Part shown: one piece after another, positions 8,005 to 16,258 of the stretch
Layout of the letters: every line of letters begins with the position of its first letter
Position numbering within the stretch: the first letter of the stretch is position 1
Origin: Octopus sinensis
Lineage: Eukaryota
Assembly (NCBI RefSeq): GCF_006345805.1
Contig: NW_021824974.1
Span: forward strand, 1 to 16,949
DNA length: 16,949 bases
Direction: 5' to 3'
Notes under the pieces: generated by a model
Told to the model about the DNA's origin: nothing
What the model saw: only the letters and a program-made list of their open reading frames with translations
Database searches by the model: none
Translations under genes and position numbers: made by a program

Positions 8005-8610
8005 GGGGCTATAGCAGACGACACTTGCCCAAGATGCCACGCAGTGGGACTGAACCCGGAACCATGTGGTTGGTAAGCAAGCTACTTACCACACAGCCAC
8101 TCCTGCGCCTGGTAGTATCTCTTCGGCCTGGGGCTACAGCAGACGACACTTGCCCAAGATGCCACGCAGTGGGACTGAACCCGGAACCATGTGGTTGGTA
8201 AGCAAGCTACTTACCACACAGCCACTCCTGCGCCTGGTAGTATCTCTTCGGCCTGGGGCTACAGCAGACGACACTTGCCCAAGATGCCACGCAGTGGGAC
8301 TGAACCCGGAACCATGTGGTTGGTAAGCAAGCTACTTACCACACAGCCACTCCTGCGCCTGGTAGTATCTCTTCGGCCTGGGGCTACAGCAGACGACACT
8401 TGCCCAAGATGCCACGCAGTGGGACTGAACCCGGAACCATGTGGTTGGTAAGCAAGCTACTTACCACACAGCCACTCCTGCGCCTGGTAGTATCTCTTCG
8501 GCCTGGGGCTACAGCAGACGACACTTGCCCAAGATGCCACGCAGTGGGACTGAACCCGGAACCATGTGGTTGGTAAGCAAGCTACTTACCACACAGCCAC
8601 TCCTGCGCCT
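8005..8610 (-). repeat. SINE-derived satellite: about 4.85 copies of a 125-bp unit (family B head + 12-nt linker)
   Basis: Exact 125-bp period. Identical 86-aa ORFs start at 8066, 8191 and 8316, with a fourth start at 8441. Confidence 0.95.
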
Positions 8611-8697
8611 ATGTGTATATATTAATTGTGTATATATATATGTGTGTATATATGTGTATATATTAATTGTTAATGTTGCTCTCTCTTCTGTTGCTAG

Positions 8698-8807
8698 GCC
8701 GCCAGCCTTTACCTGAAGGTGGACATGTTCAAGGAAGCCATAGATATGTATATCAAGGCCAACGACTGGAGCAGTGCCAAGACCATTGTCCAGGAGCATG
8801 ACCTGCA
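8698..8807 (+). CDS. IFT172: IFT172 coding exon F
   Basis: Acceptor ctcttctgttgctag. Reads AASLYLKVDMFKEAIDMYIKANDWSSAKTIVQEHDL(Q). Donor CA|gtaagt at 8808. 110 nt, phase 0 to 2. Confidence 0.94.
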
Positions 8808-8821
8808 GTAAGTCCTGTCTA

Positions 8822-10913
8822 TAGTGGTGGTGGCGGTGGTGGTGGTGGTGAGAGAAGTAGTGTTGACAATGGCAGTTTAGTTATGGTGTGCTGAGGTGCC
8901 GATTGTGGTGGTGGTGGTGGTGGTAGTGATGACGGCGGCGGTGATGCTGATTGCGGGTTTTGGTGGCAGTGGTGGTGATGTCAACGATGTTGTTGGTGGT
9001 GGTGGTGGTGTTGATGATGATGGTGGTTGTGGTGTTGGTGGTGGTGGTGGTGTTGATGATGATGGTGGTGGTGGTGATGTCGACGATGTTGGTGTTGGTA
9101 GTGGTGGTTGCAGTATTGGTGGTGGTGGTGGTGGTGGTGGTGGTGGTGGTGGAGGTGGTGGCTGTGTTGGTGGTGGTGGTGGTGGTGGTGGTGGTGATGG
9201 TGGTGGTGGTGGTGGTGGTGGTGTTGATGATGATGGTGGTGGTGGTGATGTCGACGATGTTGGTGTTGGTAGTGGTGGTTGCAGTATTGGTGGTGGTGGT
9301 GGTGGTGGTGGTGGTGGTGATGGTAGTGGTGGTGATGATGGTGGTGGTGGTGATGGTAGTGGTGGTGGTGGTGGTGTTGAGGATGATGATGGTGGTGGTG
9401 AAGCTGATGGTGTTACTGTCAGTGGTACAGGCAGCAGTGGTGGTGGTTGTGGTTATGATGTTGCAGTTTGGTAGTGGTGATATGGCATGATGGTGGTTGT
9501 GGTGGTGATGACATGGTGGTGGTGGTGGATTGTAGTGGTAGAGGTAGTGTGTGGTTGCAAACTTTTGATAAAGATTGGTGCATGGGTAGGTGTTACAGGG
9601 TGTGTGTGGCATAATGTAGTAGTTTTGTGGTAATGGAGATATGATATGGTGGTGGTCGTCGTGGTTGTAGTAGTAGTGCTGTGGTGTTGTGTTGGTGGTT
9701 GTAGTGGTGGTGCATGAGTGAGTGATTTAGGTGGTAGAGGCAGTGGCAGTGGTGACAATAGTGGTGGTGGTGATAGCGGTAGTGATAGTGTGGTGATAGT
9801 GATTGCTGCATGGGTGGGTGTTAGGAGGAGTGTGGCATAACATAGTAGTTTTGTAGTAGTGGAGATATGATATGGTGGTGGTGGTGGTGGTGTTGGTAGT
9901 GGTGGTGTTGGTAGTGGTGGTGGTAGTGGTGGTGGTGTTGGTAGTGGTGTTGGTGGTGGTGGTGGTGGTAGTGGTGGTGGTAGTAGTGGTGTTGGTATGG
10001 TGGTGGTGTTGGTGGTGGTGGTGTTGGTAGTGGTGGTGGTGTTGGTAGTGGTGTTGGTGGTGGTGGTGGTGGTAGTGGTGGTGGTAGTAGTGGTGTTGGT
10101 ATTGGTGGTGGTGTTGGTGGTGGTGGTGTTGGTAGTGGTGGTGGTGTTGGTAGTGGTGTTGGTGGTAGTGGTGGTGGTAGTAGTGGTGTTGGTATTGTGG
10201 TGGTTGGTGGTGGTGGTGTTGGTAGTGGTGGTGGTGGTGGTAGTGGTGTGGTGGTGGTGGTGGTGGTTAGTGGTGTGGTAGTAGTGGTGTTGGTATTGGT
10301 GGTGGTGTTGGTAGTGGTGGTGTTGGTAGTGGTGTTGGTAGTGTGGTGGTGTGGTGTGGTGTTGGTGGTGGTGGTGGTGTTGGTGTGTGTGGTAGTGGTG
10401 GTTGGTTGGTAGTGGTGTTGGTAGTGTGGTGGTGTTGGTAGTGGTGTTGGTGGTGGTGGTGGTGGTAGTGGTGGTGGTAGTAGTGGTGTTGGTATTGGTG
10501 GTGGTGTGGTGGTGGTGGTGGTGGTGGTGGTGGTAGTGGTGTTGGTAGTGGTGGTGGTGTTGGTAGTGGTGTGGTGGTGGTGGTGGTGTTGGTAGTGGTG
10601 TTGGTAGTGGTGGTGGTGTTGGTAGTGGTGTTGGTAGTGGTGGTGGTGTTGGTAGTGGTGTTGGTGGTGGTGGTGGTGGTAGTGATGGTGGTAGTAGTGG
10701 TGTTGGTATTGGTGGTGGTGTTGGTGGTGGTGGTGGTGGTGGTGGTGGTGTTGGTAGTGGTGTTGGTAGTGGTGGTGGTGTTGGTAGTGGTGTTGGTAGT
10801 GGTGGTGGTGGTGTTGGTAGTGGTGTTGGGGTGGTGGTGGCGGTGGTGGTGGTGGTGGTAGTGGTCTTGGTAGTGGTGGTGGTTGTGGTGGTGGTGGTGG
10901 TGGTGGTGGTGGT
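8822..10913 (+). repeat. About 2.1-kb (GGT)n-derived low-complexity tract with higher-order duplications
   Basis: GGT/AGT/GTT/GAT triplets. Duplicated block at about 9040-9125 and 9215-9300. Diverged block at about 9580-9655 and 9808-9880. Confidence 0.95.
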
Positions 10914-10919
10914 AGGGTG

Positions 10920-11095
10920 TTGGTGCCCTTCCTAACACCAACAGCTCAGCAGAGTGGACTTAGTGCTTTTTATATAGCACAAGCGCAGGTGAGGTCGGTT
11001 TTGGCAAGGTTTTCGCAGCTGGATGCCCTTCCGAATGCCAACCACTGTAGAGTGTGGACTGGGTGCTTTTTAAGTGGCACCTGCACTGACAGGGT
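10920..11095 (-). mobile_element. Diverged family D internal fragment
   Basis: ggatgcccttcc.aa.gccaaccac...gggtgcttttt motifs are shared with 12295-12350. Confidence 0.55.
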
Positions 11096-11231
11096 CACCG
11101 AGTACTCTGCAAGACCAAAAGCTTTTAAGAGGGGACGAGGCATTGGAAGAGGTGATGATGTAAAGGTTATAGTGAGACAGAGAGACAGAAACAGGTATCT
11201 TGCTGTAGAGGAGATACAAAATTACCATGCA

Positions 11232-11266
<35 letters not shown>

Positions 11267-11366
11267 ATATGGAAAGCAATGACTGTGTGGTGCTCCAAAA
11301 AAATAGAGACCAGCACAATGCTGGGGAAGATAAGGTACACGTGGACATTTTAAAGAAATACAATAC

Positions 11367-11513
11367 AGGCGCAGGAGTGGCTGTGTGGTAAGTAGCTTGC
11401 TTACCAACCACATGGTTCCAGGTTCAGTCCCACTGCGTGGCGTCTTGGGCAAGTGTCTTCTGCTATAGCCTCGGGCCGACCAAAGCCTGTGAGTGGATTT
11501 GGCAGACGGAAAC
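11367..11513 (+). mobile_element. SINE family B head, sense
   Basis: aggcgcaggagtggctgtgtggtaagtagc...gacggaaac. Confidence 0.88.
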
Positions 11514-11572
11514 ACATGCATATATATATATATATTATATATATATATATATATACATACATGTGTACAACA

Positions 11573-11907
11573 GCTTCTTTCAGTTTCCGTCTACCAAATC
11601 CACTCACAAGGCATTGGTCGGTCCGAGGCTATAGTAGAAGACACTTGCCCGAGGTGCCACACAGTGGGACTGAACCCGGAACCATGTGGTTGGTAAGCAA
11701 GCTACTTACCACACAGCCACTCCTGCACCTATACATATATATATACGATGGGCTTCTTTCAGTTTCCGTCTACCAAATCCACTCACAAGGCATTGGTCGG
11801 CCCGAGGCTATAGCAGAAGACACTTGCCCAAGGTGCCACACAGTGGGACTGAACCCGGAACCATGTGGTTGGTAAACAAGCTACTTGCCACACAGCCACT
11901 CCTGCGC
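11573..11907 (-). mobile_element. Two tandem SINE family B heads, antisense
   Basis: Copies at 11573-11730 and 11745-11907, inverted relative to 11367-11513. Confidence 0.88.
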
Positions 11908-11957
11908 GATGATGATGGTGATGATTATGTTTCAGTTTTTAAAAAATTATTTTGCAG

Positions 11958-12021
11958 ATTGGAATCATATGTGAAAGAACGCTACAAGGATTCTATGAAG
12001 ACACAAGGGAAAGTGGATGCA
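11958..12021 (+). CDS. IFT172: IFT172 coding exon G
   Basis: Acceptor ttattttgcag. Reads (Q)LESYVKERYKDSMKTQGKVDA, matching recalled [21 protein letters not shown]. Donor GCA|gtgagt at 12022. 64 nt, phase 2 to 0. Confidence 0.93.
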
Positions 12022-12139
12022 GTGAGTGTCAACTTTTTTTCAAAAATTCTCTTGTCAGTAATTCAGCCAATCTCTTCCTCGTAAACCCACCCCACTCACA
12101 ATCTCCCCCACTGCAAATGCTACCACTTCCAGATAGCAT

Positions 12140-12595
12140 TCATCATCATCATCATCATTATCAACATCATCATCTTCATCATCTTCATTTAGCGTCCGCT
12201 TTCCATGCTAGCATGGGTTGGACGGTTCAACTGGGGTCTGGGAAGCCAGAAGGCTGCACCAGACTCCAGTCTGATCTGGCAGTGTTTCTACGGCTGGATG
12301 CCCTTTCTAACGTCAACCACTCCGTGAGTTTAGTGGGTGCTTTTACGTGCCAGACAAGGCTGGCAAATGGCCATGATCGGATGGTGCATTTTACGTGCCG
12401 CCGGCACGGAGGCCAGGCGAGGCTGGCAACGGCCACGATCGGATAGTGATTTTTATGTGCCGCAGGCACAGGGGCCAGACGAGGCTGGCAATGGCCATGA
12501 TCGGATGATGCTTTTTATGTGCCGCAGGCACAGGGGCCAGGCGAGGCTGGCAATGGCCACGATCGGATGATGCTTTTTACGTGCCACCTGCACTA
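12140..12595 (-). mobile_element. Family D retroposon with (CAT)n tail and four internal 61-62 bp repeats
   Basis: Tail reverse complement at 12186-12230. aggctggcaa.ggcca.gatcggat units at about 12357, 12419, 12481 and 12542. Confidence 0.8.
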
Positions 12596-12905
12596 GGCCA
12601 TCATTTAATATCAGTTTTCCATGCTGGCATCGGTTGGATGATTTGGCAGGGACTTTTGAGGCCAGTGAAGTGGGTCCTTTTTATGTGGGGCCCATCACCA
12701 ATCCATTTTTTTATGTTACACTTTTACCATGCGTTTATGTACTTTTTAAGTGGCACTATCACCCAACGTTCTTTAAGTGGCACCAGCACCAGTGTATTTT
12801 ATGAGGCACCATTACCAAACCATTTGAAGTGGTACTATCACCAGTGCTTCTTATGGGCTAGCACCATCACCAGTGCTTTTTATGTGGTGCCAGCACCTGT
12901 ACTTC

Positions 12906-13000
12906 CCAACCACAATGTTCTGGGTTCAGTCCCACTGCATGGCACCTTGGGCAAATGTCTTCTGCTACAGCGTCATGCTAACCAAACATTTGTGAAATTG
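12906..13000 (+). mobile_element. Diverged SINE family B head fragment, sense
   Basis: gggttcagtcccactgcatggcaccttgggcaaatgtcttctgctacagc. Confidence 0.7.
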
Positions 13001-13090
13001 TTCATGGGTTCTACATACCTTTGAATTTCTCCATATATTTACTCATTGTGTATATATATATATCATGATGATGATGATATATATATATAC

Positions 13091-13246
13091 ACGATGAGTT
13101 TCTTTCTGTTTCCATCTACCAAATCCACTTACAAGGTTTTGGTCGGCCCGAGGCTACAGCAGAATATACTTGCCCAGCATGTCACGCAGTGGGACTGAAC
13201 CCAGAACTATGTGGTTGCAAAGCAAGCTTCTTGCCACACCTGTACC

Positions 13247-13247
<1 letters not shown>
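13091..13247 (-). mobile_element. Diverged SINE family B head, antisense
   Basis: tttccatctaccaaatccacttacaagg...gcagtgggactgaaccc. Confidence 0.8.
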
Positions 13248-13282
<35 letters not shown>

Positions 13283-13313
13283 TGAAAGAATGGAGTTCAA
13301 CAACGATTTAACA

Positions 13314-13418
13314 AAATTCCTTTATTCTCGACATATGTTTCGAAGGCTGCATATTGCTAATTTCAAAGGAATAAGGGGTGCATTATGCCGCCTTCTCATC
13401 AGGAAAAACAAGGAACTT
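13314..13418 (-). ncRNA. Minimal type I hammerhead ribozyme (HHR-2, antisense to IFT172), all core pairs intact
   Basis: Minus strand reads aagttccttgtttttc CTGATGA gaaggc...gccttc GAAAC atat GTC gagaataaaggaattt. 6-bp stem II closure, palindromic stem III ACATATGT, stem I of 5 bp + internal loop + 8 bp. Predicted cut between 13330 and 13329. Confidence 0.85.
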
Positions 13419-13493
13419 ATGTCAGCATCAAGATGAACAAAAAGTTTTAGATGACTGTCATGTAAAAGTTTTTGTTCATCTTGATGCTGACAT

Positions 13494-13597
13494 AAGTTCC
13501 TGTTTTTCCTGATGAGAAGGCGGCATAATGCACCCCTTATTCCTTCGAAATTAGGAATATGCAGTCTTCGAAACATATGTCAAGAATAAAGGAATTT
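13494..13597 (+). ncRNA. Minimal type I hammerhead ribozyme (HHR-3, sense to IFT172)
   Basis: CTGATGA at 13509-15. gaaggc (13516-21) pairs with gtcttc (13564-69), one G.U. GAAAC at 13570-74, GTC at 13579-81. The first stem I pair is a C.A mismatch (A13582). Confidence 0.8.
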
Positions 13598-13781
13598 TGT
13601 TAAATCGTCGTTCAACTCCATTCTTTCATTTATTTGTATTAAAAAAAAACACACAAATTCCACACGAAAGCACGTGATCTCTGCCCTTGGCATGTAGCTT
13701 CAACCGTGTTTTTCTGACGTGAATTTGCTACCCAGGTATCGGTTAACCGAATTTTCCATACTAAGATAATTCATTCAACTA

Positions 13782-13827
<46 letters not shown>

Positions 13828-13949
13828 ATAAATATTTATTTTAACAGAAGCAACAGTGTGACTCAAGGGCCGAGAGTTTTATGTGTTTAGCACTTACCAA
13901 ACTTATATTTATCTTTCCACTCTCATTCTCTCTGTCTCTCTCTTTGCAG

Positions 13950-14036
13950 CTCGCTAATGTAGATATGATTGCTGCCTTAGACATGTACGTTGAGAAGCGC
14001 CAGTGGCAGAAGTGTCTGGAAATGGCAGAGAAACAG
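13950..14036 (+). CDS. IFT172: IFT172 coding exon H
   Basis: Acceptor ctctctttgcag. Reads LANVDMIAALDMYVEKRQWQKCLEMAEKQ. Donor CAG|gtgaga at 14037. 87 nt, phase 0 to 0. Confidence 0.95.
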
Positions 14037-14200
14037 GTGAGAAACCATTTTGAGTTCTTCACAGATGTTGTGCGTATTATATGTACTCTGGGCTGGATTA
14101 AGACCCATTGTTTATTTTGCTATACTTTCACTTTATAATGGTAACGTCAGATCCTCACCAAGACACCACGAAACCTTCGAAATTATACTTCTGACGATAT

Positions 14201-14366
14201 AGGCTCAGGAGTGGCTGTGTGGTAAGTAGCTTGCTAAAAAACCACATGGTTCCAGGTTCAGTTCCACTGCGTGGTATCTTAGGCAAGTGTCTTCTGCTAT
14301 AGCCTCGGGCCGACCAATGCCTTGTTAGTGGATTTGGCAGACGGAAACTGAAAGAAGCCTGTCGTA

Positions 14367-14416
<50 letters not shown>

Positions 14417-14646
14417 GTGTGTGTATGTATTTTGTGTCTGTGTTTGTCCCCCTAGCATTGCTTGACAACCGATACTGGTGTGTTTATGTCCCCGTCACTT
14501 AGCGGTTCGGCAAAACAGACCGATAGAATAAGTACTGGGCTTACAAAGAATAAGTCCCGGGATCAATTTGCTCGAATAAAGGCGGTGCTCCAGCATGGCC
14601 GCAGTCAAATGACTGAAACAACTAAAAGAGTAAAGAGAGAGAGTAA
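14201..14646 (+). mobile_element. Full-length SINE family B (head, CORE-like domain, (TA)n/(TG)n, tail)
   Basis: Complete colinear copy of the modules found separately elsewhere in the window. Confidence 0.88.
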
Positions 14647-14719
14647 TAAACTACTTTGAATGTTATTTGTGTCATAAATCTTTTAGGCTTACTGTATCTA
14701 GAAGTAAATTTCATAAAGT

Positions 14720-14830
14720 CAGGGCCAGATTAATACTTATAGAGGCCTTAATCACTTAAGAGTTTGGTGCCCCCCTGTTATATACATAATTCAAAATATA
14801 AACAATAACAAACCATAAAATAATTTGTCT
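14720..14830 (+). mobile_element. Possible single end of a hAT-like DNA transposon/MITE
   Basis: Begins cagggccagattaa...gaggcc, resembling CAGGGCC-type hAT termini. No matching opposite TIR found. Confidence 0.3.
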
Positions 14831-14982
14831 TATTTTTCAAAATGAAACAAAACTAATAGTAAGATGGAAAATTATGTTTATTTTTGTATACTTCCATTTT
14901 ATTTATATTTAAAAAACTAGCAGTATTGCCTGGCTCAACGGGGATTTCAGGGGAGAGTTTCAGGGAGTCACTGATGTTATCT

Positions 14983-15174
14983 AAGGGAAAGGGCAAAGGG
15001 GCCGATACAGCTTGGCACCAGTGAGGTCGCAACTCATTTCTACAGCTGAGTGAACTGGTGCAGCATGAAATAAAGTGTCTTGCTCAAGAACACAACACGC
15101 AGCCCAGTCCAGGAATCGAACTCACAACCTCACGATCATAAGCTTGATGCTCTAACCACTGAGCCATGCGCCTT
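14983..15174 (-). mobile_element. tRNA-derived SINE, family F
   Basis: Minus strand reads gaaggcgcaTGGCTCAGTGGttagagc...GAGTTCGATTCCtgg (A and B boxes), then cttgagcaagacacttt...cactcagctgtagaaatgag (CORE/V-like central domain). Confidence 0.8.
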
Positions 15175-15870
15175 CTCATACATACATACATACATACATA
15201 CTTATATATATATATACATACGTACATACATATATATATATATATACATATATATTGTGATGATCAAAAATTTGATCGTGATGATCAAAAATCCGGCCTG
15301 CTAAAATTTGGTCAAAGTGATTCAAACTGCAGACTCAACACAAAATGGTCACATTTAATTCAAAGCGTGAAAAAGGTTATGAAAACAATTGGTATGTGTT
15401 CACAAAGTCCAAACGATTAATACGAAAAATCCCTCCAGGCTACATCCCCCAAAATACATTTCTCTGCCGAATTTCTACAATGTTTACGGCGATTCGTTTT
15501 TATGTCTTGATTTTTTATTTTTCATGCAATTTACGCATTTTTGCTCGCGTGGTGAACACAGCTGACGTCAAACAGCTGACTGAGTAAAGTTCACTATTCA
15601 ATGCATGAGATAAGGTCTAAACAAACACATTATGGATTTTTGCACTTGCGAGATGTATTTCGGAACAGAAATAGCGCAGTTCAATTTTCATTCGCCTAAA
15701 CTTTAAGTGACCCATTTTTGATGGTTCTACGATTTGTTGGCTAGGAGGAGATTTGCTGGGAAGTTAAACACACAGACACACAAGTTGAGTTTTATATATA
15801 TAGATTTTCTCCTCCTTTTCTTTTTATTTATTGCAAAGTCTTTAGTCACATCCTCCCTATGACACCATGA

Positions 15871-16258
15871 GTGGAGGTGCAATGGCCCAGTGGTTAGGGC
15901 AGCGGACTCGCGGTCATAGGATCGCGGTTTCGATTCCCAGACCGGGCGTTGTGAGTGTTTATTGAGCGAAAACACCTAAGAGCTCCACGAGGCTCCGGCA
16001 GGGGATGGTGGTGATCCCTGCTGTACTCTTTCACCACAACTTTCTCTCACTCTTACTTCCTATTTCTGTTGTACCTGTATTTCAAGGGGCCAGCCTTGTC
16101 ACTCACTGTGTCACGCTGAATATCCCGGAGAACTACGTTAAGGGTGCACGTGTCTGTGGAGTACTCAGCCACTTACACGTTAATTTCACGAGCAGGCTGT
16201 TCCGTTGATTCGGATCAACCGGAACCCTCGTCATCGTAACCGACGGAGTGCTTCCATC
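15871..16258 (+). mobile_element. Complete tRNA-derived SINE, family G (possibly tRNA-Arg-like), with 22-bp TSD
   Basis: A box TGGCCCAGTGG and B box GTTTCGATTCC. catcctccctatgacaccatga is perfectly duplicated at 15849-15870 and 16259-16280. 3' stem-loop at 16200-16224. Confidence 0.92.

Larger units (their letters stand above)
13276..13635. mobile_element. 360-bp palindrome: inverted pair of putative Penelope-like terminal repeats
   Basis: Arms 13276-13455 and 13457-13635 around a single T at 13456, with 8 substitutions and 1 indel. Each arm contains a hammerhead motif. (TA)n at about 13248-13272 and 13784-13830. Confidence 0.8.

Noticed and set aside
8005-8610. Regular array that could be read as CRISPR or as four paralogous 86-aa genes
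   Set aside because: No variable spacers, since whole units are identical. Eukaryotic intron, no cas genes. The MVGKQATYHTATPAP peptide recurs wherever SINE B is translated.
8881-10941. Long poly-V, poly-G and poly-T/H ORFs (up to 243 aa) resembling mucin or glycine-rich proteins
   Set aside because: All frames of a (GGT)n tract are open. It lies within a GT-AG intron whose flanking exons join in frame.
10917-10946. Hairpin tgttggtg...caccaaca
   Set aside because: Only 8 bp, and easily produced where a GGT tract abuts a CA-rich repeat fragment.
12678-12900. Semi-regular ~26-bp repeats as a degenerate CRISPR
   Set aside because: Spacers are only a few nt, units are related to a retroposon motif, and the context is eukaryotic.
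13738-13749. 12-bp palindrome tcggttaaccga
   Set aside because: A single short palindrome in 17 kb is compatible with chance, and no associated structure was seen.
14168-14200. gaaac...ctgacga as a fourth (type II) hammerhead
   Set aside because: No stem III partner with an NUH triplet and no stem II pairing after CTGACGA.
14914-14945. aaactagcagtattgcctggc as a Helitron-like terminus
   Set aside because: Only a vague resemblance from memory, and no matching 3' hairpin-CTRR end was found.
14971-14980. ctgatg as a hammerhead core
   Set aside because: Reads CTGATGT rather than CTGANGA, with no supporting stems.
15871-15945. tRNA gene (also 15100-15174 on minus)
   Set aside because: A and B boxes are present, but I could not form a proper acceptor stem. 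The head continues into a SINE body, which at 15871 is bounded by a TSD.
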